Positions 31,324-42,569 of a stretch of DNA of 64,000 bases are shown one piece after another. The position numbers and the translations under genes are program-made. The stretch's first letter is position 1. The number at the start of each line of letters is the position of its first letter. The notes under the pieces were generated by a model. It saw only the letters and a program-made list of their open reading frames with translations, did not search any database and was not told the origin of the DNA. Source of the DNA: an uncultured Nitrososphaerota archaeon (GTDB lineage: Archaea > Thermoproteota > Nitrososphaeria > Nitrososphaerales > CADDZS01); assembly GCA_963799845.1 (NCBI GenBank), contig CAWCYI010000006.1, forward strand, positions 1,152,001 through 1,216,000, in the 5' to 3' direction.

Positions 31324-31593
31324 CTACCTTGTGATTACGGCAATTATCTTTCCATTGGCATTGTCCCTTACGTTGATCTGTTGCGGATGAACCGCAAACA
31401 CAACGAAACCCAGACAATCGACGAGCTCTTGCGTTACTCCAGAAGCCGACTTTCCCGCGCTACCCGCCGAAATCATCGCATCCATCGCTTTCCTTGTCTT
31501 CGGTACTCCGTTCTTCGATATTTCCCGCACTACATCTGGCTCGTTGTAGAATCTTGCTCTTTGAGCAATGTCCGCTTCTTTGTTGTTTGACAT
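31324..31593 (-). CDS. Hypothetical protein (89 aa)
   Basis: ATG start, natural composition and co-oriented with neighbours; TTTATAT candidate TATA box about 35-40 nt upstream on the minus strand. Confidence 0.6.
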   Translation of the reverse strand: MSNNKEADIAQRARFYNEPDVVREISKNGVPKTRKAMDAMISAGSAGKSASGVTQELVDCLGFVVFAVHPQQINVRDNANGKIIAVITR

Positions 31594-31720
31594 AATACTT
31601 GACTAACCGTTTTCTGGATATCGCGAGATATAAACCACAATGGCGACGTGACGAGTGATAGCTCTGCTTTCTCTAGAAGGCCTTGCGAATTGCAAAAGTG
31701 GAACGGCGCGAACGGTAGGG

Positions 31721-33908
<2,188 letters not shown>

Positions 33909-34083
33909 TTAGTAGTATTCTATTCTCCACTATTACTGTCTTTCATTCGATCCTAAGGTATTTCCACACCGGATTCAGCATTCTATGCATACAATCGAAC
34001 TATATCAAGAAGAGATTATCTGGACGATCCGCACCAACTAGCGCATTTACCGGGAGTGGAGAACGGGATTTGGATTACTGACA

Positions 34084-34440
34084 TCAGGTCACCTGATCCT
34101 CGATATCAATGTCCTCTTCGACGTCTCCCTGCTCGTATGAAACAACATTCGGAAAAATTATTGAAACATGAGCGCCGCTTTTGAAAGCCAGATACTTCTT
34201 TACTCCGTCAAGCCTGACGATACGAAGTTCCGAGTCCTCCCCCACGGCAGTATAATGCCCCTCCGAGTCTGATTGCCAAGTTCCCTTAAACCGAGACTCT
34301 AGACACGCTATGTAATTGTGATCAATGCTGGGTTGCGTTGGCGTCTCTTTCATCGACGTTGTTGGTTGGTTTGCTTCTTCCGCTGAGGTGATCATATGAT
34401 TTAGAACACTTGAGTCCAAGATAAACACCTTCCCCATCAA
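34084..34440 (-). CDS. Hypothetical protein (118 aa)
   Basis: Co-oriented ORF between thermosome and cdc48; acidic C-terminus. Confidence 0.55.
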   Translation of the reverse strand: MMGKVFILDSSVLNHMITSAEEANQPTTSMKETPTQPSIDHNYIACLESRFKGTWQSDSEGHYTAVGEDSELRIVRLDGVKKYLAFKSGAHVSIIFPNVVSYEQGDVEEDIDIEDQVT

Positions 34441-34476
34441 TAGTGCAAGACGATTAGTTTGTCGCTGAAATAAAAC

Positions 34477-34683
34477 TTACAGAATCGCAATTAATTCGTA
34501 TAAGGTCTTTCGCGTGTGAGCGCTGAGCTTTTCCTTGTATTGTTGAACGCTCGATCTCTCGGCTTTGGTAAGTTGTTCCGAATTCAGGGCCTCGATGATC
34601 TTGTCAATTCGCTCAACCGTTTCTTGAATGTAGGCTTTCGGATTAGTACCTAGTTCCTTTCGCAGCGCTTCTTGCAGCGGCAT
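34477..34683 (-). CDS. Small helical hypothetical protein (68 aa)
   Basis: Start overlaps the stop of the upstream ORF (translational coupling); amphipathic helices. Confidence 0.6.
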   Translation of the reverse strand: MPLQEALRKELGTNPKAYIQETVERIDKIIEALNSEQLTKAERSSVQQYKEKLSAHTRKTLYELIAIL

Positions 34684-34949
34684 CAGTACTTTTTCCTCTT
34701 CGAGTTCTCTTTTGTAATGATCTCGATTCGTCTGGATGTCCGTTTCAACTCTATAGATTTGTCGGAAGATTCTACGTCGTTACCTAGCTCAGACTTCAGA
34801 TCATCGAAGTTCTCCAATTGAGTTGCTAACTCACCTGCGAGTCTCCAACCCTTCATCTTGGAAACCTTGACCGCGTAAGAATCAAAATGAGCTTCTTCTT
34901 GTCCTGACGCGGTTAGGTTGGTGGATGAATCTGAAGAATCAGAAAGCAA
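34683..34949 (-). CDS. Small helical hypothetical protein (88 aa), paralog of 39293-39547
   Basis: Overlaps both neighbours; W.LA.EL...RI.II.E..KRK pattern shared with 39293-39547. Confidence 0.65.
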   Translation of the reverse strand: MLSDSSDSSTNLTASGQEEAHFDSYAVKVSKMKGWRLAGELATQLENFDDLKSELGNDVESSDKSIELKRTSRRIEIITKENSKRKKY

Positions 34950-35190
34950 TTGATTTCTTCCTGTCGGATACTATTTTTTCATCGATTGAGCAGAGGACGC
35001 ATTTCCCGTTGTTGACCAGCTGGGATGCTATTCCGATCTTACCGGCGTGGGAAAGCTTCGTCCAGTATTGCCACTCGTCCGCTTTCGCGTTGAAGTGGCG
35101 ATACTGATCTCTCGTTCTTGGAATTCCATGCTTTACCGCGTTGTCACAGTCGAGACTGAACTCTCCGCTTAAGGCTACGATGATCGGCAT
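34939..35190 (-). CDS. Small hypothetical protein, possible zinc binder (83 aa)
   Basis: Starts 24 nt after the thermosome stop; C-x5-H ... CxxC. Confidence 0.6.
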   Translation of the reverse strand: MPIIVALSGEFSLDCDNAVKHGIPRTRDQYRHFNAKADEWQYWTKLSHAGKIGIASQLVNNGKCVLCSIDEKIVSDRKKSIAF

Positions 35191-35214
35191 CTTGTACAGC
35201 TACTTCCTTTTCTG

Positions 35215-36867
35215 CTACATTCCTGGCATTCCAGGTGGGCCTCCAGCTGGAGGCATTGAGGACTTACTGCTGGCAATCATGTCGTCGATCCTTAGTATCA
35301 TGCACGTGCATTCTGTCGCCGATTTGATCATCTGTTCCTTGACAGATACTGGCTCTATTACATCCCTCTTGAACAGATCAACCACACCGCTCCCAAGCAC
35401 GTTTACTCCAAACCACATGTTGTTGGAATCCCCGTGCTTTTCCCTGAGCTCAACTCTGATGTCGAGAGGGTCAAACCCTGCGTTTTCTGCCAGCGCTATC
35501 GGGATCGATTCGAGTGCCTCTGCGAATTTTTCTACGGCGAGCTGCTCTCTTCCCTGGAGCGTGCTGCTCCATTTCATGAGCCTATGGGAAATCTCCTCTT
35601 CAACCGCTCCGCCACCGCCGACGATTCCCGGCTTCTCAAGGACGTCCTTGATCACCATGATCGCATCGTGCAGATCGCGATCAGCTTCGTCGATGACTCG
35701 TTGGCTCCCTCCCCTGATTAGGATGGTTACTGCCTTCGGATTCTTGCAATCTTCGACATAGGTCCATTTGTCGTTCTCGATCTTTCGTTCTTCAACCAGA
35801 CCAGCTTCTCCGAGGTCTGACTTGCTCAAGGTGTCGAGACCGGTTACTACCGTGGCGCCTGTTGCCTTTGCGAGCTTTGTCATGTCAGACTCTTTGACTC
35901 GCCTTATGCTGAGAATTCCAAACTTTGCCAGGTAGTGCTGTGCAACGTCGTCTATTCCCTTCTGACAGACAAGTACGTTCGCTCCTGCATCCCTAACCTT
36001 TTCGACCATTTCTTTGAGCATTCTAGTTTCTTCGTCGAGGTACTGCTGGATTTGCGATGGATCTTTGATCTCGATCTTTGCATCGAACTCTGTTTTCTCT
36101 ATTTCAATAGGAGAATTAACCAGTGCGATCTTTGCATTTTCGATCCGCTTCGGCATGCCCGGATGAACTACTTCCTTGTCCAAGATGATGCCCTTGACGA
36201 AGCTCGTATCTTTGATTGAACCTCCGGCCTTCTTTTCGACTTTGATATTGTCAATGTCGACCACGTAGTTCCCTTCAGAGGTCTTTTCTGCAACCTGCAG
36301 AAGAGCGTCCACAAGCAAGTTGGCCAGTTCCTCGCTGTCATTTGAGACAAGCTTGGATGCCATGCTCGTCCTGGCAACTTTCACGAGTGTTTCTTTGTCG
36401 TCGGGACTTACTTTGACCGCCAACTTGTCCAGAATCTTTTGAGCCTGAATTGCAGCTTTTCTATACCCATCGACTATAACGGTTGGATGAACTCCTTTGT
36501 CGATCAGTTCTTCAGCGTTCTCAAGCAGAGCACCTGCAAGAACTACTGCGGAGGTCGTTCCGTCTCCCACTTCGTTGTCGATCGTCTTGGAAATCTCTAC
36601 AATCATCTTCGCACCGGGGTGCTGAACGTCTATTTCCTTGAGTATAGTAGCTCCATCGTTCGTTATTGTAACGTCTCCCATGCCGTCTACGAGCATTTTA
36701 TCCATGCCACGTGGACCCAAAGTCGACTTTACCAGCCGGGCAATCTCCTTACCAGCCCAGATGTTATTCCTCTGAGCATCTCTACCCCTGTTTTCAGAGG
36801 TTCCTTCTTTCAAAATTAGAACGCGCTGTCCGCCTTCGGTTGTCGCATGCGAAGCCTGTTGTGCCAT
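35215..36867 (-). CDS. Thermosome (group II chaperonin) subunit
   Basis: [26 protein letters not shown] and GGM-rich tail. Confidence 0.97.
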   Translation of the reverse strand: MAQQASHATTEGGQRVLILKEGTSENRGRDAQRNNIWAGKEIARLVKSTLGPRGMDKMLVDGMGDVTITNDGATILKEIDVQHPGAKMIVEISKTIDNEVGDGTTSAVVLAGALLENAEELIDKGVHPTVIVDGYRKAAIQAQKILDKLAVKVSPDDKETLVKVARTSMASKLVSNDSEELANLLVDALLQVAEKTSEGNYVVDIDNIKVEKKAGGSIKDTSFVKGIILDKEVVHPGMPKRIENAKIALVNSPIEIEKTEFDAKIEIKDPSQIQQYLDEETRMLKEMVEKVRDAGANVLVCQKGIDDVAQHYLAKFGILSIRRVKESDMTKLAKATGATVVTGLDTLSKSDLGEAGLVEERKIENDKWTYVEDCKNPKAVTILIRGGSQRVIDEADRDLHDAIMVIKDVLEKPGIVGGGGAVEEEISHRLMKWSSTLQGREQLAVEKFAEALESIPIALAENAGFDPLDIRVELREKHGDSNNMWFGVNVLGSGVVDLFKRDVIEPVSVKEQMIKSATECTCMILRIDDMIASSKSSMPPAGGPPGMPGM

Positions 36868-36879
36868 TTGTTAACTCAA

Positions 36880-36987
36880 CTACTTTGATCGGTTAACCAC
36901 TGACTTAGTATTCAAAGACCTGCTTTTCTTGCTAGAAGTAGTACTCTTCTTCGCTGTAGTGGTCTTCCTTGGCTGGATAGTTTTCAT
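36880..36987 (-). CDS. Putative 35-aa Lys/Ser/Thr-rich basic peptide (uORF of thermosome); not in ORF track
   Basis: MKTIQPRKTTTAKKSTTSSKKSRSLNTKSVVNRSK; stop 12 nt before the thermosome ATG; strongly biased composition. Confidence 0.4.
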   Translation of the reverse strand: MKTIQPRKTTTAKKSTTSSKKSRSLNTKSVVNRSK

Positions 36988-37091
36988 ATAAATTTCGACT
37001 AGCATGTAATAGGCATTACTTAGTATATACGTCTATACACAACAATGCTTACATATTACGGAGGACTATAGATACGAAGTATCGCTACACA

Positions 37092-37802
37092 TTGGCTCAC
37101 AACAACAACACTGTTCCAGTTGCAGTAGAATCAATTGTCACACATAATCAAGCAATTTACACCTGCCTGAAGCTGAAGATAGTCAATTATCACGCACTCG
37201 CCGCTGTCATCAAACTGGAGGTCGAAAAATTAACGGGCAGGATCACGACGATAAATACGCTAGTCGTCGCCATAAAGCGCTATTCGGACACTTTGAAAGA
37301 GGAGAAGAGACTGCCTCCGTCCGACATTCTAAGAGATGCCACGATAACGCTCACCAGCAACGTTGCAGACATTACGATCAGGCCGACAAAGGCTGAGTTT
37401 ACAAGTGTTCTGAAAAAAATCGTAGAGATTTCTTCCCAGCTCGACGAACCACTCGATCTTTTCAAATCCTCGAACCTCATCAAACTGGTGGCGGAGGAAA
37501 AAGAGTACAAATCCGTTATACGCGCGGAGTTGGGGAAATCGCGAATTTCGAGTGAACTGATGGGATTATCAAAATTAACTCTTCATCTCTCACCTCTAGC
37601 AGTTAAAGAACCGGGATTTGCCGTTTTCATTTCTGAACTGCTGTATCGGAAGGGGATCAACGTCGTCCAGTCTTACATCGACGAGGATGCGATCTTCCTT
37701 GTCAACAAGGCAGATGCCCCGAGGGCTTACGAAATACTGGACCAAGAAATCATGAGGAGCAAGGAATCGCAGCCGACTCTGAAAATCCGGCGCAAGCGTT
37801 AA
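37092..37802 (+). CDS. Archaeal ACT-domain-containing protein
   Basis: N-terminal IVNY.ALA..I...LVVAIKRY and a C-terminal ACT-like EPGF...ISELL..GINV. Confidence 0.75.
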   Translation: MAHNNNTVPVAVESIVTHNQAIYTCLKLKIVNYHALAAVIKLEVEKLTGRITTINTLVVAIKRYSDTLKEEKRLPPSDILRDATITLTSNVADITIRPTKAEFTSVLKKIVEISSQLDEPLDLFKSSNLIKLVAEEKEYKSVIRAELGKSRISSELMGLSKLTLHLSPLAVKEPGFAVFISELLYRKGINVVQSYIDEDAIFLVNKADAPRAYEILDQEIMRSKESQPTLKIRRKR

Positions 37803-37861
37803 TGTGTACCCAAGTAAGTTCAATGCTCTCTTCTATCTGGCAGTGCCTGGTCTGAGAACCT

Positions 37862-38263
37862 TTGAAGAATGTTTGTAAGAGTCACCACTGCGTCAGCTGC
37901 TGTTATGACACCCAGATGCTGCTCTTGGAGGAGGATGTCAAGAGAATAGCTGGACTGGGCTTCAAAGAGCAGTTTTTCGCCTGGGGCTCCGATGGCTACA
38001 AAGTTCTCAAGAATAGCAGCGCCGGCAGATGCGTCTTTCATGATGGAAAGCAGTGCACGATCTACGAGAATCGACCGGAGGGGTGCAAGCTTTACCCGGT
38101 TGTCTACGACGAAGGTCTGATGTTACCTCTGAAGGATGAACTGTGTCCCTACCGGGATGAATTTGCCATGCCTTGGAAGACCAAAGTTGAACTACGGAAT
38201 ACATTCCAGAAGCTGGTCAGCGAGAGACTTTCAAGAATTGAGAAAACTGAGGACAAAGCCTAG
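37862..38263 (+). CDS. YkgJ/CxxCxxCC family cysteine-cluster protein
   Basis: C...HCVSCC, CVF....CTIYE.RP.GC..YP. Confidence 0.85.
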   Translation: MKNVCKSHHCVSCCYDTQMLLLEEDVKRIAGLGFKEQFFAWGSDGYKVLKNSSAGRCVFHDGKQCTIYENRPEGCKLYPVVYDEGLMLPLKDELCPYRDEFAMPWKTKVELRNTFQKLVSERLSRIEKTEDKA

Positions 38264-38516
38264 AGCTGGCATCTGTTAATCTGCAATGCGTGCGAATTTT
38301 GGATCGCAACTGAACAAAGCACGAGAATCCTCGAAAACCAATGCAATAAATCTTGGAATTAACCCAATTCTTCGAAGGGTACACCTTTCTCGGAAATATA
38401 ACAACTAATTTTTGAATAATCCTATGAGGGATGTTCCTTCACTCGGATTCAGGCGTTCACGATGCCTTATATGCTAGGACAACTAAAGATACAGATTACG
38501 GTAGCGTAATAAAATA

Positions 38517-38858
38517 ATGAGTTACGGAAGCGGAAACAGAAACAGATACGGCGGAGGAAGTTATGGCGGTAGCCGAGATCAATTCGGCGGATCTTCAATG
38601 GGTCAAGGCCCTAAACCTGTAGAAGCAGGTAAGGAATACGAAGTAGAAGTAACCGAACTTTCAAGGCGAGGCGACGGAGTCGCGAAGATTCAAGGTTTCG
38701 TCATCTTCGTAAAGGGAGCTAAGATTGGGGACAAAGTAAAGATCAAAGTTGAAACGGTGGGGCCACGGTTTGCAACAGCGACGGCGTTACAACCCGCTGG
38801 GAAGACTGAGCCTTCAACTACTGGTTCAAGTTCGTCGGTAACCGAACCCGTTCAATAG
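38517..38858 (+). CDS. Single TRAM-domain RNA-binding protein
   Basis: Gly/Arg-rich N-terminus followed by PVEAGKEYEVEV.ELSRRGDGVAKIQGFVIFV. Confidence 0.92.
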   Translation: MSYGSGNRNRYGGGSYGGSRDQFGGSSMGQGPKPVEAGKEYEVEVTELSRRGDGVAKIQGFVIFVKGAKIGDKVKIKVETVGPRFATATALQPAGKTEPSTTGSSSSVTEPVQ

Positions 38859-38881
38859 TTAACAAAACTAATATTTTGACG

Positions 38882-38928
38882 AAGAGTCTCTCCGTTTTTT
38901 TGGAGACTCTTTCGCCATCACTTTTTTT
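38882..38928 (+). terminator. Hairpin plus T-tract downstream of the TRAM gene
   Basis: Stem AAGAGTCTC/GAGACTCTT (38882-38911), then T7 at 38922-38928. Confidence 0.55.
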
Positions 38929-38985
38929 GCCCATTGGGATAATCATAATAAATTTACATCGTCGTTTTTCTTCAGTTGTCCACGT

Positions 38986-39159
38986 TTGCCTTTAGTCATA
39001 ATATGCAAGAATAGGAAATGTGGATTCCGGCATCCCTCAGAATTACAGATGGATAAGAAGGCCTTCAGGATTGCCGTGATTGAAAATAATCCGGAGAAAT
39101 GCCCTAAGTGCGGGAAGCACACCCTATACAACAAGGAAGATTATTTCTTTAGCAATTAA
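38986..39159 (+). CDS. Small zinc-ribbon protein (57 aa); not in ORF track
   Basis: TTG start; MPLVIICKNRKCGFRHPSELQMDKKAFRIAVIENNPEKCPKCGKHTLYNKEDYFFSN, with two Cys pairs. Confidence 0.75.
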   Translation: MPLVIICKNRKCGFRHPSELQMDKKAFRIAVIENNPEKCPKCGKHTLYNKEDYFFSN

Positions 39160-39292
39160 ATGCTGATGAAATTTCAGTTCGGTATTTTACTTAATGCACT
39201 TTGAAATGATATTTTTTCTGTTAAAAGGCCCCCTGACGAATTAAAGTCGATATTCTTTCATGTTTTAATAGCTGGGAGTAATATCTACAGCC

Positions 39293-39547
39293 ATGGAAAC
39301 CGGATCGAAATCTGAGGTAGAGCTGGTGCGAGCAAAGAGATGGGCCGGAACTGCGCGTGATTGGGATCTTGCTCGAGAACTCGACACATGCAAACAAACT
39401 CGCGATTCGTGCCAGAGACAGATCGGTTTGCTCCCCATAAAAACGGATCAGAGCGACTATAATTCCCTGATATCACGAAGTACGCTCAATCAGCAGCGCA
39501 TAGATGTAATCGAAGAAGAAATAGTCAGACGAAAGGGAAGACTCTAG
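39293..39547 (+). CDS. Small helical hypothetical protein (84 aa), paralog of 34683-34949
   Basis: WDLARELD...QRIDVIEEEIVRRK. Confidence 0.65.
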   Translation: METGSKSEVELVRAKRWAGTARDWDLARELDTCKQTRDSCQRQIGLLPIKTDQSDYNSLISRSTLNQQRIDVIEEEIVRRKGRL

Positions 39548-39780
39548 CAAAAAGTGCTTCGATACTTCACTTTCAGCGGAGGCCGCGATATAATTTCCGC
39601 GATAAAGTTGAATTGGCCCGCTTATCGAGTTCCTAGATTCCATCTTGGAACTTCAATTCAAAATATTGCTATAACTATCGATTTTCCAACTGGAATTATG
39701 GAATTTCACGTAGAGACAGCTAATTCTTGGCAGTTTTTCGGCGCATTTTCTAGTTTGTAGCGCAATTTTACAGTGGGCGC

Positions 39781-39788
39781 TTTATATA
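39781..39788 (+). promoter_or_regulatory. TATA box of tbp
   Basis: TTTATATA ends about 21-24 nt before the GTG/ATG start, consistent with a leaderless or short-leader archaeal transcript. Confidence 0.6.
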
Positions 39789-39809
39789 TCCTGCTTTTAA
39801 TATAATACA

Positions 39810-40385
39810 GTGATGTCAGCTCTCCTTCCGCAGACAAAGGCGCTAATCAGTATAGAGAATGTCGTTGCATCTGCAAGCGTAGATCAAAGAATTGATCTCA
39901 ACGAAATTACTCGTTCCTTTGCAGATGTCGAGTACCACCCGGATCAATTTCCAGGCCTGGTGTTCAGATTAAAGTTTCCAAAAACAGCCACTCTGATTTT
40001 CAGCTCAGGCAAGATGGTCTGCACTGGCGCTAAATCCTCTGAACAGTCTGTAAAGGCTGTGAAGGCTGTCGTTCAAAAGTTGCGGAAAGGCGGCATTCAG
40101 ATCAAAAATGATGCGACCGTCGTCATCCAGAATATCGTCGCTTCAGCTTCTCTTGGTGGCAAGGTTCACCTTGAAGATGCGGCCAGACAACTTCCAAAAT
40201 CGATGTACGAACCCGAGCAGTTCCCGGGTTTGATCCACCGTATGGCGGAACCGAAAACTGTGATCCTGCTATTTGCTTCCGGGAAACTCGTGTGCACCGG
40301 TGCAAAGACCGAGGCCGACGTTTACAACGCCGTGAATAACCTTCACATGACTCTGGAACAGAAAGGGCTCATCAGTTACGCTTGA
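39810..40385 (+). CDS. tbp: TATA-box binding protein
   Basis: Two repeats of NVVAS...EY.P(D/E)QFPGL...LIF.SGK.VCTGAK; Nitrososphaerota-like sequence. Confidence 0.97.
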   Translation: MMSALLPQTKALISIENVVASASVDQRIDLNEITRSFADVEYHPDQFPGLVFRLKFPKTATLIFSSGKMVCTGAKSSEQSVKAVKAVVQKLRKGGIQIKNDATVVIQNIVASASLGGKVHLEDAARQLPKSMYEPEQFPGLIHRMAEPKTVILLFASGKLVCTGAKTEADVYNAVNNLHMTLEQKGLISYA

Positions 40386-40733
40386 ATGAACGCACCTCTT
40401 GCGTAAGTTGCCTCTCCCTTACTTTCAGAGTTTCAAGCTATTCGCTATTTCCGAAATGTCCTCAGGGAGAATTCTGAATACCCAACTTCAATTGTTTTTG
40501 AAGCTGGCGAAATAATCTTCAGTATTCTGTACCAAATACCTGAGATGTGATCTCATCTAACATCTGAGCAACAAATCGTAGATTAAGATCCGGGCGTTTG
40601 ACCCGCGGAGAATCGAAATATCACATTTTTGATGGCCCTTCCTACTTATCACTCAACGAAGGGAGCGTCAGGCGGGATCATGAGCCCTCGGAGTACAATC
40701 TACTCACGTTTCAACTTCTAACAATAACGCAAT

Positions 40734-40760
40734 TAAGTTTTGTAAGTTTGTAAGTTTGTA
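40734..40760. repeat. Short tandem repeat (TAAGTTTG)x3
   Basis: taagttttg taagtttg taagtttg ta in an intergenic region. Confidence 0.6.
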
Positions 40761-40946
40761 GGGCTTTCGCGATCGTCTCGCTACGAAGATAAAGAACATT
40801 GGATACAAAGGATTCCTAGGAAATCTTTTTCATTCATTTTTCATTTTAGTAAGATTCTTGAGAATCAAAGATATTTCTTTTTGCTAATGCCAAGTCTTCA
40901 TTGATTTAAGAAATAAGAGAATGCAGGATCCCCTGAAGCTTGTTGT

Positions 40947-40985
40947 AAAAAGGTGGGACAGGCAAGTCAACCGCCTTACTTGCCC
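40947..40985 (-). terminator. Hairpin plus T-tract terminating the 46-aa peptide gene
   Basis: Minus strand reads GGCAAGT-loop-ACTTGCC then TTTTT, about 30-70 nt after the stop at 41015. Confidence 0.55.
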
Positions 40986-41014
40986 TAATTGCAGATTGAT
41001 AGGCGCTCTTTGAC

Positions 41015-41155
41015 CTAACCAGAGCCGCCGCCGCCTATGACATCCAACAGAGGATGTTTTGCGGTTTCTAGATGTCCGAAGTGCGCCGCAACGGCGATTG
41101 CGGAAACTATGGAGAGTGCGATTAGTCCTTGTTTGATTCTTTCGTCGATGGACAT
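41015..41155 (-). CDS. 46-aa secreted-type peptide precursor (candidate signalling peptide); not in ORF track
   Basis: MSIDERIKQGLIALSIVSAIAVAAHFGHLETAKHPLLDVIGGGGSG: charged n-region, 14-aa hydrophobic h-region ending AVAA and Gly-rich C-terminus; TATA-like elements upstream and a terminator downstream. Confidence 0.7.
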   Translation of the reverse strand: MSIDERIKQGLIALSIVSAIAVAAHFGHLETAKHPLLDVIGGGGSG

Positions 41156-41202
41156 GAGCCAGTTGGTTTGGCACCTTTTAGAAATATGTTTCGGTTTTAG
41201 CG

Positions 41203-41232
41203 GAAAAAGTGTTTATATTCAGTGATATATAG
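41203..41232. promoter_or_regulatory. Overlapping divergent archaeal promoters (BRE/TATA-like)
   Basis: Plus strand GAAAAAGTG-TTTATATT; minus strand CTATATAT and ATATAAAC; lies between the peptide gene and the regulator. Confidence 0.45.
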
Positions 41233-41414
41233 CATTACTATCTTTTAAAAGAGCCAGATTAGACCTTGAATGAGAAAGTTTTGGCTGCGCTCTTCGGACT
41301 CAAAGGGCAGAAATAATAGCTGGAAACGTGACCAAACCAGAAGAACCTGTGTCGCTCCGCTTCACTTATCATAAATACGGCAAACGAGTGTAGAACTGGG
41401 TTGGGAGACCATAA

Positions 41415-42542
41415 TTGAGAATTCCAGCCGATGATGTTTCCGAGTTTCTTACAAGACTCTCCCCCTTCGTGGACGACGATGGCGCGCGTAATCTTAACAA
41501 GATCTCGGAGGAACTCTCGATACCTTATCAGACTCTGAGATTTAGGATGCAGCGCCTAAAAGACCAAGGTATTACTATAACTGCATTGGTAGATCCGGAG
41601 AAATTTGGACTTTCAAGGTTCAGAGTCAGTCTAGACGTTTCGTCCGACCTTACCGATGTCATTTCTTTCTTCGGAAGCCTTCATCAGAATGCTGGTCTGC
41701 ATTACTTTGCGCGTTCCCTATCCTCTCACTCGTTTGATTGCGAATTCATGATACCGGGGCGCAAGGTGGGAGAGCTATCGAAGCTTCTGAAGTCACTCGA
41801 GGAGATGAAACTTGTCGAAAATTTCAATTTGCGCAAGATCGTCTGGAAGGAGATAATTGGGATGAAGACCAAGTATTACGATTACGTAAACGGCGTATGG
41901 GACATTGACTTTTCTCGCCTGTCGGGCAATCCATCAGACTTCAAGGCTCACCCGACGACAGATTCCTCGTCACTCTCTTCGATTAAGAACAAGTTCGACA
42001 GCATTGATTTGCAGATAATCAAAACGTTGCAGTTGGATCCGTGGACAAAATCCGTTGACATTGCTAGAAGACTGAATCTGACCGACAGCGATATTTCATA
42101 CCACATGAGAAACCACGTCTTTGGATCGAAGATGATTCGTGGCTTCAAGTTTACGTGGATAGGCAGCAAAGATGCGCGGGCGAAACACACAGTTCTTCTA
42201 ATTACTTATGACTTCAGATCATTATCGGAGGACCTCGCCAGGCATGCGATGTCTATATTCACTGCATGCCCTTTTACCTGGAATCACGTGTTGATCGAAA
42301 ATGGCGAGTACATGGCAGAGTTGATGATCCCCGTTTCGCAGATGCCAGATACATTGCAATATATTGCGAACAGACTGAGACCGCTCAAGCTCAAACCCGA
42401 CGAGATGGGATATGTTGATTGGTCCTGCTCGCTGAACTATACAATCCCTTACTTTATGTACGATGTCGAGGCTGGCTGGCAGTTTGACAGTGAAAGAAGC
42501 CTAGGCCACATCATCCAGATGATAAAGAAAGAACAGACGTAG
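41415..42542 (+). CDS. Tandem (duplicated) Lrp/AsnC-like winged-HTH transcriptional regulator
   Basis: HTH1 RNLNKISEELSIPYQTLRFRMQRL...VDPEKFGL; HTH2 FDSIDLQIIKTLQLDP....DIARRLNLTDSDISYH; each is followed by an alpha/beta effector-like domain. Confidence 0.8.
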   Translation: MRIPADDVSEFLTRLSPFVDDDGARNLNKISEELSIPYQTLRFRMQRLKDQGITITALVDPEKFGLSRFRVSLDVSSDLTDVISFFGSLHQNAGLHYFARSLSSHSFDCEFMIPGRKVGELSKLLKSLEEMKLVENFNLRKIVWKEIIGMKTKYYDYVNGVWDIDFSRLSGNPSDFKAHPTTDSSSLSSIKNKFDSIDLQIIKTLQLDPWTKSVDIARRLNLTDSDISYHMRNHVFGSKMIRGFKFTWIGSKDARAKHTVLLITYDFRSLSEDLARHAMSIFTACPFTWNHVLIENGEYMAELMIPVSQMPDTLQYIANRLRPLKLKPDEMGYVDWSCSLNYTIPYFMYDVEAGWQFDSERSLGHIIQMIKKEQT

Positions 42543-42569
42543 AAGGGTCAGACCCGGTTATTGAGGCGA

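Noticed and set aside
40655-40670. GAAGGGAGC resembling SRP RNA helix 8
   Set aside because: The upstream CAGG partner and the roughly 300-nt 7S architecture are missing.
40884-41225. ORF-track calls 40884-41174 (-) and 41037-41225 (+)
   Set aside because: These are alternative-frame or antisense shadows of the 46-aa peptide ORF and have implausible composition.
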